Sequence record: PP400784
Length of the DNA: 64,000 bases
DNA from: Escherichia phage FL38
Strand: one strand, 5' to 3'
The notes under the pieces are model-generated. The model made no database searches and was not told the DNA's origin. It was given only the letters and a program-made list of their open reading frames with translations. Below are positions 16,252 through 25,597 of this stretch, in pieces (position 1 is the first letter of the stretch; each line of letters opens with the position of its first letter). The translations under genes were made by a program, and so were the position numbers.

Positions 16252-16455
16252 TTAACCGTATACGCGAAAGTATTCTACTGATCCGTCGCTATACTGTTTT
16301 ACATTGAATGTATTCACACCATGATTATTTCTCATGATGACATATACACTGCGACGTTCATCGCTAAACGGCATAACTGGCGCTGGTTCAATATCAACAC
16401 TAAAACCACGTTTAGCAAGTGCTTCGCCTAATTGCTTGAGTTTATCGGTAAACAT
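16252..16455 (-). CDS. Hypothetical protein (67 aa)
   Basis: ORF between cd and pseT. Confidence 0.45.
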   Translation of the reverse strand: MFTDKLKQLGEALAKRGFSVDIEPAPVMPFSDERRSVYVIMRNNHGVNTFNVKQYSDGSVEYFRVYG

Positions 16456-17333
16456 TAAAAGTCTCCGTAGTTAACCTGAAAACATTCTACACCAATTGAG
16501 CGGTACATGTCAACCACTTGATCACGGTCATCTACCGCCAACACAACATGATAACGCGGTGCAATTTCAGAGAAGAAGATCTCTTTCTTCACTTCATGAT
16601 CAGGACGACGATCATTAGTTTCACGTTGAAAGTGATCACTAGGTTCAATACCCTGTTCACGCAGCCATTGCAGAGTATCTTCTTCGCAAACATCCTCACG
16701 CCCTGAGCATGTAATGATACGATAACCATTATCACGATACAGTTTAAGCATTTCGATCACTTGCGGACGCGGTTTATCTTCTTTGACCTTTGTCCAGTCA
16801 AACGGATGACGACCGCCCTTATCCGCTAATGTTCCATCAATATCAAAGATCACTGCCTTCGGCAGCATGGTATTCGGTTTGTATACTTCTTGACCCATAT
16901 ATTCCTGCATCAGATAAAATTGGTTGCGCAAATTAGAAAGTGGAATTGCTTTCTCTCCGCGATAGAAATTACGTTTCTTTAGTGTCTCAAATGATTCATT
17001 GAACACTTGTTCAGTATACACCGCGTTAAATTCTTTTGCAAGTTCTTTGTAGAATACACGATGTTTTTCTTTCAGGTTGGTATCGGAGATAATGATACTC
17101 AATCCGCGTGATAGAGTCTCACGAGCAATCATTCTCTGAATAGACTCTACCAGCTTTTCTTTTTCCTTAGTATACTTGTATTTCAAATGTGAGTCAACAC
17201 CAAACAACATAAGACGAAGATCATCACGATTCACATTACGATAATTACTAAACCGTTTACATGTTTCCATCGCCCATGTAGTTTTACCGGACCCAGAACA
17301 ACCAACGGTTAAAATCACTTCACATTTCGGCAT
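16455..17333 (-). CDS. pseT: Polynucleotide 5'-kinase/3'-phosphatase
   Basis: P-loop GCSGSGKTTWA and HAD phosphatase motif VIFDIDGTL; start trimmed to MPKCEVILTVG aligning with T4 Pnk N-terminus. Confidence 0.9.
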   Translation of the reverse strand: MPKCEVILTVGCSGSGKTTWAMETCKRFSNYRNVNRDDLRLMLFGVDSHLKYKYTKEKEKLVESIQRMIARETLSRGLSIIISDTNLKEKHRVFYKELAKEFNAVYTEQVFNESFETLKKRNFYRGEKAIPLSNLRNQFYLMQEYMGQEVYKPNTMLPKAVIFDIDGTLADKGGRHPFDWTKVKEDKPRPQVIEMLKLYRDNGYRIITCSGREDVCEEDTLQWLREQGIEPSDHFQRETNDRRPDHEVKKEIFFSEIAPRYHVVLAVDDRDQVVDMYRSIGVECFQVNYGDF

Positions 17334-17785
17334 TATTTCTCCTTCGGTTTGCACCGTTCCTCATTAAGTTCTTTTCGATAATAACACATGATCAACTTAC
17401 TTTCAAGTGTATATCTCTTAATATCCGCAAGCCAGACTCTGAATTTTTGGGAGTCCTCCCACGACATAGAAACTCTAGGTTTACCGTCTATTGTATCCAC
17501 TTTCAGGTCAATGTCAACTTTTTCTATTGGTGCTGGTAGTGGAGGATGTAATTTCGGTTCCTGTGAATAATGGTCCATTGTACACGAAGAAAGCGCAAAT
17601 ACAATAGGCAAAGCGAAGACATGGATTATGGAGGTCTGAAAATTCTTATGTGCTTTCTTAAACATCCAGTGTATCACGAAAATTGAAAACACCATCAGGA
17701 TAATAATGCTTGCACCTATCCACAGATAATCAACCAGATTAAAATTGCTTATCTGCTCTTGTGTAGGCAATATTTCTATGCTCAT
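17333..17785 (-). CDS. Predicted membrane protein (150 aa)
   Basis: Hydrophobic segments WIGASIIILMVFSIFVIHWMF and IIHVFALPIVFAL. Confidence 0.5.
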   Translation of the reverse strand: MSIEILPTQEQISNFNLVDYLWIGASIIILMVFSIFVIHWMFKKAHKNFQTSIIHVFALPIVFALSSCTMDHYSQEPKLHPPLPAPIEKVDIDLKVDTIDGKPRVSMSWEDSQKFRVWLADIKRYTLESKLIMCYYRKELNEERCKPKEK

Positions 17786-18108
17786 TTAGTAGCCTCCTTT
17801 AATTCTTCGGTAAACTCCTTAAATGAGTCATTAAGCTGTTTCTCTACCAACTTGGGTTTTTGTGCTACTACATAGCCTCGTGTAGCGTCTTTCATTGCTT
17901 TGTTTTGTTCTTCCGCAAACTTAGTTCTTATTCCATACATCTCCTTTTGTAGTGAGTCTACGACCTTCATCTTTTCATCGGTCTTTTTCTTATACTCTGT
18001 AAATTCCTGATTCAGTCGATCTACCTCCTTTTTATTTTCCCACCACATATTGCCACCTACCCCCAGCAACACAGATATGATAACAATGTATATCAGCTTT
18101 GACATATT
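17782..18108 (-). CDS. Predicted single-pass membrane protein with coiled coil (about 108 aa)
   Basis: TM segment LIYIVIISVLLGVGG; ORF-track start trimmed because the terminator hairpin lies in the extension. Confidence 0.5.
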   Translation of the reverse strand, partial: NMSKLIYIVIISVLLGVGGNMWWENKKEVDRLNQEFTEYKKKTDEKMKVVDSLQKEMYGIRTKFAEEQNKAMKDATRGYVVAQKPKLVEKQLNDSFKEFTEELKEATK

Positions 18109-18123
18109 ACCCCCAACGACAAA

Positions 18124-18145
18124 AGGCGGGGAACTAGCCCCGCTT
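18124..18145 (-). terminator. Rho-independent terminator after rnlA
   Basis: GCGGGG-aactag-CCCCGC hairpin with U-tract on minus strand. Confidence 0.65.
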
Positions 18146-18149
18146 ATTA

Positions 18150-19319
18150 TTACCAATCAATCTTATCAGCCGGAATAAGTTTCTTATAATTCCGTAGATA
18201 GTAAGTTTTCATTGAATCCAGAATACGGTCATAATCAAGACCATCAAATGCAATCATCAGACACATGAAAATATATGCTTGTGCATCACCATGTTTACGT
18301 GATTCGATAGTCGCATTGGATGCATATGTCTTTCTGTCTTCTCCTGCGTGTGCGTTATAAAATTCTGTTGCTGTCGTGAAGGCATTGCGAAGAATAGACC
18401 TGAATGCTTCCTCGAATAGCTCGATTCGTTCCAGTGCTTCCGGTTCGCCTTCATATGCAGCACGCAAATCATCGGTTTCGCTTTCTACGACATAGTAGAT
18501 CAGGTTATTAGGAAACATCGATGTGTTTTTAATGTTATGCACACCAATATACCATTCACTCTTCACTTTGAACATTTGACCGTCTTTAGTGCGTGCAACA
18601 ATTCCTTCGATACCTTCTGCGGTCCGAACTTCATCAAGAATATTGCTAAAACGCGCTGAATCAACCTGTAACGCATTTACCAGATGAGGACGTAGGATTG
18701 CGTCAGCAAATAGCATTTGATGCGGTACGTACTCTCCTGTGACGTTATGGCGTACATTCAGAAGTGTTAGCGACGGTTCAGAATATTCTACAACAATTCG
18801 GTTGCTGGGCGCTGTATATTCAAAGTTGAAAGTATAATCAGACCCAATATCAGCAATCTTAGCGCGTAGATCCGCATACTTCTCTGAATACAGAAGACCG
18901 TTTGCTCTCTCTGCCTGGCTTGAGTACAAGGCCGCTTTAGACTTCAACTGAACATAGCCGTTATCAATGTATGTGCTTACTAGACTACCGTCCATTTTGT
19001 CCATGACCATTTCCACATCTTCCGGCTTAAAGCGAGCGCGATCATTCTCACCCAAATTAAAAAACTTCTCCATAGGACGAGATGCGATGCGGACCGGACG
19101 ACCTTTATCGTCAATTTCAAACATGATCCCGCGACACTCTAACGCATCTGGTTTATTCCACATTTCCGGTTTGCTCAAGTACAGATAGCTAAAAATGCGC
19201 ATACGGGTTTGCATCGCCGTAATTTCATCTTTGTAATAGAACGTATCAGATCCGTCACATAGTGCCATCAGATTTTTGAACAATGCTAAAACTTTTTTGT
19301 TGTTTTCTTTTGTTAACAT
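18150..19319 (-). CDS. rnlA: RNA ligase 1
   Basis: RIFSYLYLS, PDALECRGIMFE, PVRIASRPMEKFFNL, ligase motif I KMDGSLV parallel T4 Rnl1; true start may be the ATG at about 19268, which removes the overlap with denA. Confidence 0.9.
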   Translation of the reverse strand: MLTKENNKKVLALFKNLMALCDGSDTFYYKDEITAMQTRMRIFSYLYLSKPEMWNKPDALECRGIMFEIDDKGRPVRIASRPMEKFFNLGENDRARFKPEDVEMVMDKMDGSLVSTYIDNGYVQLKSKAALYSSQAERANGLLYSEKYADLRAKIADIGSDYTFNFEYTAPSNRIVVEYSEPSLTLLNVRHNVTGEYVPHQMLFADAILRPHLVNALQVDSARFSNILDEVRTAEGIEGIVARTKDGQMFKVKSEWYIGVHNIKNTSMFPNNLIYYVVESETDDLRAAYEGEPEALERIELFEEAFRSILRNAFTTATEFYNAHAGEDRKTYASNATIESRKHGDAQAYIFMCLMIAFDGLDYDRILDSMKTYYLRNYKKLIPADKIDW

Positions 19320-19716
19320 AATTTGTGTTCCATTCTGGTTTAAATTTGGTGATCAAAACAGGTTCTTCGATATCGGCAGTGCTTATAATATCCTTACCCG
19401 TTGGATTCTCAATATATAACTCAAAGCACTGACGGTAATAGAATGTTACTGTCTTACCTTCCTCTAGCGCCTTATGAATATTCTTACTCTTGCGAGTATC
19501 CGCTGTTGGTGTTTGTCTGTTAATGCTAGTCCGGTAATAATTGATCCGCTTTCTGAGATTGACAGTCTGTCCAATATATACCAGTTCATCATCAACAACA
19601 ATAGCGTAAAGAACATTTAAACGGTTCTTCTGAGGCGGTAGAATCACATCACCATCTTTACACTCTAAACATGAATATTTAACGAATCCATAGTTTTCTA
19701 TTAGCTCATTAATCAT
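19255..19716 (-). CDS. denA: Endonuclease II (GIY-YIG family)
   Basis: NVLYAIVVDDELVYIGQTVNLRKRINYYRTSINR parallels T4 DenA GIY-YIG core. Confidence 0.85.
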   Translation of the reverse strand: MINELIENYGFVKYSCLECKDGDVILPPQKNRLNVLYAIVVDDELVYIGQTVNLRKRINYYRTSINRQTPTADTRKSKNIHKALEEGKTVTFYYRQCFELYIENPTGKDIISTADIEEPVLITKFKPEWNTNYVNKRKQQKSFSIVQKSDGTM

Positions 19717-19739
19717 TATCCTTTCCTCACGTCACAACA

Positions 19740-19762
19740 AAGGCGGGATTTCTCCCGCCCAC
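19740..19762 (-). terminator. Rho-independent terminator
   Basis: GGCGGGA-tttc-TCCCGCC hairpin downstream of 19767..20165. Confidence 0.6.
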
Positions 19763-19766
19763 CTTA

Positions 19767-20165
19767 TTAACTTTCCAGAATATCGCGAGCTTCGTTACGC
19801 TCCTTGATGATTTTCAGGACAAATTCCAGTTTTTCTTTGTTCAGCGTTCCATTTTCCATTGCTTCTTTGACGGTAAACACTCCGCCACCTTGCCCGTATA
19901 CAGTGACAGTGATTTCACCTAACATCGTGGTGTGAAAACCGCCAATTTTCGGTGATTCGAAAGAAACAATTACCTCGCGAACAGTATTACCGTCGTTGAT
20001 TTCTGAGAGGGTAATGTCGTTTTTGTAGGCGGTTGCTTTAACCATACGGATCAGCATAGTCTGATCTGGGGAGATGGTCATTTTGTCCATTGCATGTTGC
20101 AATGCAGCGTAACCGAAAACTTTAACGAAGTCCAGAACGTCTTTGCGAGTTTGAAATTTAATCAT
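19767..20165 (-). CDS. Hypothetical protein (132 aa)
   Basis: ORF with SD AGGAGTATCA and promoter cassette upstream. Confidence 0.55.
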   Translation of the reverse strand: MIKFQTRKDVLDFVKVFGYAALQHAMDKMTISPDQTMLIRMVKATAYKNDITLSEINDGNTVREVIVSFESPKIGGFHTTMLGEITVTVYGQGGGVFTVKEAMENGTLNKEKLEFVLKIIKERNEARDILES

Positions 20166-20198
20166 CTTGATACTCCTTAGTTGTTTTGGTATGGGAGT

Positions 20199-20228
20199 AT
20201 CTTACTACTCCCGTGATATGCTGTCAAC
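20199..20228 (-). promoter_or_regulatory. Early promoter cassette
   Basis: TTGACA-18 bp-TAAGAT within GGGAGTAGTAAGATACTCCC inverted repeat. Confidence 0.6.
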
Positions 20229-20235
20229 TGCTTTT

Positions 20236-20385
20236 TTATGCAACCGCAAACATCAACATTTGAACATTCTTGGCTGTCTGGCTTTCAAAGTTCTGACATT
20301 CTTTGATAATGTCCTCTACTTTCTCGCCGGAGATCTCCGCGTAAGTTTCGATTGCCATTTTCAGTACCGCGTCAAAGTTGTTCAT
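20236..20385 (-). CDS. Hypothetical small protein (49 aa), not in ORF track
   Basis: MNNFDAVLKMAIETYAEISGEKVEDIIKECQNFESQ...; SD AAGGAGAATCA; promoter cassettes both sides. Confidence 0.45.
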   Translation of the reverse strand: MNNFDAVLKMAIETYAEISGEKVEDIIKECQNFESQTAKNVQMLMFAVA

Positions 20386-20423
20386 TTGATTCTCCTTAAA
20401 GTTTATTTCGTTTCGATGGGGGT

Positions 20424-20452
20424 ATATTAATACCCCCGTTATTCAGTGTCAA
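20424..20452 (-). promoter_or_regulatory. Early promoter cassette
   Basis: TTGACA-17 bp-TAATAT inside GGGGGTATTAATATACCCCC palindrome. Confidence 0.65.
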
Positions 20453-20671
20453 CTACTTTTTAATGACAATTTCGAATTTTGCTACCTTGCGTCCTCGTTT
20501 ATTGAAAGCAACCCACGGACGGTTTTCAATATAGAACAATTCTTCGCCAATAATGAATACTGGCTGATTGTAAAGGCGACCCATCAGGTCACGCTGGCGA
20601 ATGGTAGTAGATTCGTATACTTCGCCTACTACAAAGTGTTTGCTGATAGAGTCGGTGCAAGTAAATTTCAT
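20453..20671 (-). CDS. Hypothetical protein (72 aa)
   Basis: ORF with SD AGGAGAATCA after promoter cassette. Confidence 0.55.
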   Translation of the reverse strand: MKFTCTDSISKHFVVGEVYESTTIRQRDLMGRLYNQPVFIIGEELFYIENRPWVAFNKRGRKVAKFEIVIKK

Positions 20672-20704
20672 TTTGATTCTCCTTTGTTTCGTTTCGATGG
20701 GAGT

Positions 20705-20733
20705 ATCTTACTACCCCCGTTATTCAGTGTCAA
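20705..20733 (-). promoter_or_regulatory. Early promoter cassette
   Basis: TTGACA-17 bp-TAAGAT. Confidence 0.6.
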
Positions 20734-20740
20734 CTACTTT

Positions 20741-20959
20741 TTACTTGTTGTATTCATTCCACCATTGGGTGAGCTTATCAATTATTTTTGTGTTTCTATC
20801 CAACTTATCCCACCGTTTTCTAGGGTTTATCAACCGGAATAGGTAAGGTGTACTTGTTAAGTGAACTCGGTCAATGTAGTGATTGATGTACTGCTTTTCG
20901 ATTCTAAGTTTCATCTTTTTACGATGAAAATATGCAATGACTTGTTCTTCTGTTTCCAT
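20741..20959 (-). CDS. Hypothetical protein (72 aa)
   Basis: ORF with SD GGAGGAACAT after promoter cassette. Confidence 0.55.
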   Translation of the reverse strand: METEEQVIAYFHRKKMKLRIEKQYINHYIDRVHLTSTPYLFRLINPRKRWDKLDRNTKIIDKLTQWWNEYNK

Positions 20960-20983
20960 ATGTTCCTCCGTTTCGATGGGTGC

Positions 20984-21012
20984 ATTATGTTATACCCCGA
21001 TCCGATTGTCAA
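20984..21012 (-). promoter_or_regulatory. Early promoter cassette
   Basis: TTGACA-17 bp-CATAAT. Confidence 0.65.
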
Positions 21013-21059
21013 CACCCAATAACAAAAAAGTCGCCACTATGGGCGACTTTGAACAAACA

Positions 21060-21536
21060 TTAATCATGACCGTGATTTGCAATATCCGCTCGCGTCTTAT
21101 CTTTGTGATTTCCTACGTCAAAGACACGATAACCATTTTCACGCAAAACTTTAATCACTTCTGGGTTATCCTCAAAGACTCCGACAACTTCATCTTTATC
21201 AAAGGATTTAATTACCTCTAATTTTATGTGATAGTCTTTACGGGAATCGGTACGGCCTCTCATAAAGATTTTATCAAAACACACCCCGTTAGAAATTAAC
21301 CAATCAATTGTTTCCATGTAAGCATGTGAACTTCGTCCGGTGAGGATGTAAATCAAATGCCCGTTGTCGGAAAGAGCATTAATAACACGAATTACATCGT
21401 AAATGGGGGAATCACCCCCACATGCCTTGTTATATTCGATCCATGACTCGACTTTATCAAGATTTTCAGTTGGCATCTTTGCTAGTCGATGCGTTGGATC
21501 TGTGATCGTAAAATCTAAATCGACAAAATATATCAT
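21060..21536 (-). CDS. HAD-superfamily phosphatase, probable nucleotidase (158 aa)
   Basis: HAD motif I FVDLDFTIT (DxDxT), motif II ILTGR, motif IV FEDNPE. Confidence 0.6.
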   Translation of the reverse strand: MIYFVDLDFTITDPTHRLAKMPTENLDKVESWIEYNKACGGDSPIYDVIRVINALSDNGHLIYILTGRSSHAYMETIDWLISNGVCFDKIFMRGRTDSRKDYHIKLEVIKSFDKDEVVGVFEDNPEVIKVLRENGYRVFDVGNHKDKTRADIANHGHD

Positions 21537-22693
21537 AGATATTTCCCGAATCGGTTGTAGTCATCGTCTGTTAAATCGGTATTAACCTGAGATACCAGAT
21601 ACATAATCTCTACTTCTTGCGCCGCGTTTTGAACTTCGTCAGAGTTCAACCATTTACGCATCCACGGTAACGGATGACGACGAACACTAAACGGGCTTTT
21701 CAGTCCGGCAGCGCGCATACGGGAATCTGCCAGGTATTCTACATAGGTTTTCAGAATTTCCGGTGACAGGTTAGGAATTGCCCCCATTGCGAATAGGTGG
21801 TCTACCCATTCTTTTTCTTGCTCGACAACATCCAGAAAGATTTTCGTTGCTTCGCCTTCAAGTTCTTCCGCAATCTGTTTCCACTCATCACCATCAACCC
21901 CCGTTTGCCATTGACGAATAATGTATTGTGTTCCTTTTAAGTGAAGTTGTTCATCACGCGCAATAAATTTCATGATCTTCGCGTTACCTTCCAGTAAACC
22001 ACGTTCGGCAAAGCTGAAAGTACATGCAAAGGACACATAAAAACGGATTGCTTCCAGTGCATTTACGCAGTGTGCACACAGATAAATCGAAGCCATCAGA
22101 TCTCGTTTTGTATCTTCAAAAAATCTTCTTGCATCATCTAATGCTGTCTGGTCGTCTCGTTCTTCCCAATAGCGGAGATCTTCTTTTGCATTCTCATACT
22201 TACGAATCCAATAAAGAACATCATCATAATATTTCCCGATAGATTCCGCTCGCTTCATGATAGCAGGGTTATCGATGATCTGGTCGAACTCACTAGCCGG
22301 ATCAATGAAACAGTTACGCATAATGTGTGTATAGCTTCGGCTATGAATCGTTTCGCTGAATGTCCATGTTTGCAACCATGTATCGAGAGTTGGATCAGAT
22401 ACAATTGGACCAAATGCTGCGGACGGTGCGCGACCTTGAATAGAATCAAGTAATGTCTGATACTTCAAGTTTTCAGTAAAGAAACGCTTTTCAACGTCAC
22501 CCATATTAAGATATTGAATGCGGTCGGTTGCAAGTGAAATTTCTTCTGGACGCCAGAAAAATGACAATTGCTTTTCGATCAGTTCTTCAAATACTTGATG
22601 ACGCTGAATATCATAGCGAGCGATACCCAACCCACTACCCAGAAACATTGGTTCGTTCATAATATCAACATGTTCGCGGTTAAATACGCTCAT
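21533..22693 (-). CDS. nrdB: Ribonucleotide reductase small subunit (class Ia, beta)
   Basis: 386 aa, uninterrupted; ferritin-like R2 features (FFWRPEEI ... ) and T4 position next to nrdA. Confidence 0.9.
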   Translation of the reverse strand: MSVFNREHVDIMNEPMFLGSGLGIARYDIQRHQVFEELIEKQLSFFWRPEEISLATDRIQYLNMGDVEKRFFTENLKYQTLLDSIQGRAPSAAFGPIVSDPTLDTWLQTWTFSETIHSRSYTHIMRNCFIDPASEFDQIIDNPAIMKRAESIGKYYDDVLYWIRKYENAKEDLRYWEERDDQTALDDARRFFEDTKRDLMASIYLCAHCVNALEAIRFYVSFACTFSFAERGLLEGNAKIMKFIARDEQLHLKGTQYIIRQWQTGVDGDEWKQIAEELEGEATKIFLDVVEQEKEWVDHLFAMGAIPNLSPEILKTYVEYLADSRMRAAGLKSPFSVRRHPLPWMRKWLNSDEVQNAAQEVEIMYLVSQVNTDLTDDDYNRFGKYL

Positions 22694-22708
22694 TAATTCA
22701 CCTCACTA

Positions 22709-22876
22709 TCACTTTTTAACACAAAAGAACTTAGTATTTCTGTTTATTTCGTTATCCTGTTGCAATTCCTGCACGGCTTCAAAACAGCTTTGATGTGATG
22801 AAAACTCCACGCTGGTAACAGTTCCTTTATTATATGAGCCTACGCTAACGGAAAGCAATAACCATAATGTAGCCAT
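22709..22876 (-). CDS. Small protein (55 aa), tandem paralog 1, hydrophobic N-terminus
   Basis: MATLWLLLSVSVGSYNKGTVTSVEFSSHQSCFEAVQELQQDNEINRNTKFFCVKK; SD AAGGTG; not in ORF track. Confidence 0.55.
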   Translation of the reverse strand: MATLWLLLSVSVGSYNKGTVTSVEFSSHQSCFEAVQELQQDNEINRNTKFFCVKK

Positions 22877-23049
22877 TAGTTCACCTTTTGTTTTTCAACG
22901 CAATATAGATTCATAAAGCGTTTATTGTCTTCGCGGATAATCTCGCGAGCTTTAACGCAATCCTGCTTTGTTGCAAATTCAATGCTTGACATATTTCCGT
23001 AATTATACATTGAATTGCTGATTGCAATCAATAACCATACAGTAGCCAT
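22876..23049 (-). CDS. Small protein (57 aa), tandem paralog 2
   Basis: MATVWLLIAISNSMYNYGNMSSIEFATKQDCVKAREIIREDNKRFMNLYCVEKQKVN; TAATG overlap with paralog 1; SD GAGGTTG. Confidence 0.55.
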   Translation of the reverse strand: MATVWLLIAISNSMYNYGNMSSIEFATKQDCVKAREIIREDNKRFMNLYCVEKQKVN

Positions 23050-23217
23050 TATCCGACAACCTCAAAACATTTATCATCAGGAAGAATCGCCCATTCTACA
23101 CCATATTCATCCTCGACGTAGTAGCAAGTCCCATCATGTCGAGCATCATATTCATCACCAACAACAAAGCTATCAGCTAGTTCAAAAATCTACAGCAACA
23201 CATTTTAATTTGGTCAT
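23049..23217 (-). pseudogene. Small ORF interrupted by a frameshift in an A5/T5 homopolymer (about 56 aa if one T removed)
   Basis: ATG with SD GTGAGGA after promoter gives MTKLKCVAVDF then stop; the +1 frame continues 45 codons and ends in a TAATG overlap with the next gene. Confidence 0.4.
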
Positions 23218-23248
23218 AATAAAATCCTCACTTGTTTTTGATGGTTGT

Positions 23249-23277
23249 ATTATAGCGGGGATTTCTCCCCGCGTCAA
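23249..23277 (-). promoter_or_regulatory. Early promoter cassette
   Basis: TTGACG-17 bp (CGGGGAGAAATCCCCGC)-TATAAT. Confidence 0.65.
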
Positions 23278-23285
23278 CACTTATT

Positions 23286-25529
23286 TTACAGCTTGCAAGA
23301 TGAGCACTCGCTAGCGTCTTCCGTACCATCTGCACCGTCGCGAACGTTCGCATAATACAGGGTTTTCAGACCGTAATATTGAGCAAACAGCATATCATCT
23401 AACACATCAGCAATATCGACTTTACCAGTCTTATAAGTGCTTGGATCGTATGATGTATTGGAACTAATCGCCTGATCCACAAACTTCTGCATGATCGCTG
23501 CCAGTGTCAGATAAGGCTTGTTACCTTTCTTGATCAGTGTCCAAAGCAGGTCAATAACATCAGCATTATTCTCTACGTTCGGAATAACCTGATTAAATTG
23601 CCCTTCTTTCGATCCTTTAACCGATACAATCCCGCGAGGCGGTTCAATACCATTTGTGCTGTTAGACACCTGAGAAGATGACTCACAAGGCATCAGCGCC
23701 GAAAGCGTACTGTTACGAATGCCATATTTTTTCAGGTCTTCGCGCAGTTCTTCCCAATCCATCTCATACACCGGATCAACCAGTTCATCTACTGTCTTTT
23801 TGTACCAGTCGATAGGCAGTTCACCGCGACCATAACGTGTTTCATGCATCAGTTCGCAAGCACCCTTCTCTTTAGCCAGTTGCACACTAGCCTTAATCAG
23901 AGCATATTGCAAGCGTTCAAACGTTTTATGCGTAAACTCGTTAGCATCTTCATATGTGAAGAAATTATCTGCTAGATATGATGCAAAGTTAGTAACACCA
24001 ACACCCAGAGAGCGACGTTTTTTGGCTGTCAGTGCTTGTTCTACAGGATAATCCTGATAATCTAACAGGTTGTCAAGTGCACGCACCATAACCATAGCAA
24101 TGCGTTCTACTTCTTCCATATTTTCGATATCGAAATTACCTAAAACATATGCTGCCAAAGTACATAGGCTAATTTCTGAATCATCACGACCCATCGGTTT
24201 TGTTGGCAGAGCAATTTCACAACACAGGTTAGATTGTTTAATCGGTGCTACATTACGAATAAACGCCCCGTGATTGTTCATGTTGTCTGTGAACGTTGGG
24301 TAGATTCGACCAGTGTTAAAACGTTCAATTGCCACCGCTAAAAACAGGTCTTCGGCTTTAACACGAGTTTTACGAACACTCGGATCTTTTTCCAGTTTTT
24401 CGTAAAGTTGGCGGAAACCTTCCTCGTCTCGGAAGTACAGATCCCACAACAAGCCACCCGCAACATCTGGACTAAACAGAGTAATGTAATCCCGTTTAAG
24501 GAATCGCTCTACCATCAGGTTATTAATCTGTACGCCGTAGTCAAGATGGCGAATGCGGTTATCTTCCACGCCCTTATTGTTCTTTAACACAATCAGACTT
24601 TCAAACTCTAAATGCCACATTGGGTAATAGAGTGTCGCTGCCCCGCCACGAATACCGCCTTGTGAGCATGACTTAACGGCAGTCTGAAAATGTTTCCAGA
24701 ATGGGATAACTCCAGTATGACGAACTTCACCATGCCCGATCTTAGATCCTTCCGCGCGAATCATGCCAGCGTTGATACCGATACCAGCACGCTTGCTAAT
24801 ATACTTGATGATTGCATTTGCGGTTTCATTAATACCCTGCAATGAGTCATCACTTTCAATCACCACACACGAACTAAATTGGCGTGTTGGGGTACGCACA
24901 CCTGCCATAATCGGAGTAGGCAGAGAGATTTGCTTATTCGCAACCGCATTATAAAAATCAATCACATGTTCAAGTCGATTTTCTGTCTCTTCTTGATGCA
25001 AGCACATACCGATCAGCATATACGCAAATTGCGGTGTTTCGATGATTTTCTTAGTGCTGCGATCTTGAACAAGATATTTCTCTTTTAACTGCATCGCACC
25101 AGCATAGGTCATTTTAAAATCAAGTTTATGGTCGATGAATTTCTCCAGATATTCCACTTCTTCACGGGAATACTTTTGCAGAATTTCGCGATCATATTTT
25201 CCGGTTGCAATATTACGCTCAATATGGCTGTAAAAATCAATTGGTTGGAATTGACCGTATACTGATTTGCGAAGCGCGAACATTGCAAGGTTACTTGCTA
25301 CATATTGATAATCGGGTGTTTCTACAGTAATGTTATCTGCTGCGACCTTAATCAATACTTTCTGGATATCGTTGGTAGACATACCTTCTGTCAGAAGTGG
25401 TTCAACCATATCAAACAATTCATATGGATCAACGTTATGACCTTCGGCTGCCGCTTCCAGAATTTTCATTACTTTTTCTTTTTCAAAAGGAACAGTCAGA
25501 CCGGAAGACTTAACAACATTTTTAATCAT
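23286..25529 (-). CDS. nrdA: Ribonucleotide reductase large subunit (class Ia, alpha)
   Basis: 747 aa; C-terminal redox tail ECSSCKL; size and position as in T4. Confidence 0.9.
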   Translation of the reverse strand: MIKNVVKSSGLTVPFEKEKVMKILEAAAEGHNVDPYELFDMVEPLLTEGMSTNDIQKVLIKVAADNITVETPDYQYVASNLAMFALRKSVYGQFQPIDFYSHIERNIATGKYDREILQKYSREEVEYLEKFIDHKLDFKMTYAGAMQLKEKYLVQDRSTKKIIETPQFAYMLIGMCLHQEETENRLEHVIDFYNAVANKQISLPTPIMAGVRTPTRQFSSCVVIESDDSLQGINETANAIIKYISKRAGIGINAGMIRAEGSKIGHGEVRHTGVIPFWKHFQTAVKSCSQGGIRGGAATLYYPMWHLEFESLIVLKNNKGVEDNRIRHLDYGVQINNLMVERFLKRDYITLFSPDVAGGLLWDLYFRDEEGFRQLYEKLEKDPSVRKTRVKAEDLFLAVAIERFNTGRIYPTFTDNMNNHGAFIRNVAPIKQSNLCCEIALPTKPMGRDDSEISLCTLAAYVLGNFDIENMEEVERIAMVMVRALDNLLDYQDYPVEQALTAKKRRSLGVGVTNFASYLADNFFTYEDANEFTHKTFERLQYALIKASVQLAKEKGACELMHETRYGRGELPIDWYKKTVDELVDPVYEMDWEELREDLKKYGIRNSTLSALMPCESSSQVSNSTNGIEPPRGIVSVKGSKEGQFNQVIPNVENNADVIDLLWTLIKKGNKPYLTLAAIMQKFVDQAISSNTSYDPSTYKTGKVDIADVLDDMLFAQYYGLKTLYYANVRDGADGTEDASECSSCKL

Positions 25530-25597
25530 ATTACCTCACTTCATATTTTAGCAGGAACAAGTTTATCCTCCATATTGGGGGCTTTCGCCCCCTTTGT

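Noticed and set aside
23015-23314. Plus-strand ORF 23015..23314 (99 aa, His-rich translation)
   Set aside because: Antisense to the tandem small minus-strand genes and the promoter cassette; TTG start; no SD. The minus-strand reading is better supported.
23286-25529. Intein in nrdA
   Set aside because: Length (747 aa) matches intein-free class Ia large subunits and no Cys/Ser ... His-Asn splice-junction block interrupts conserved regions.
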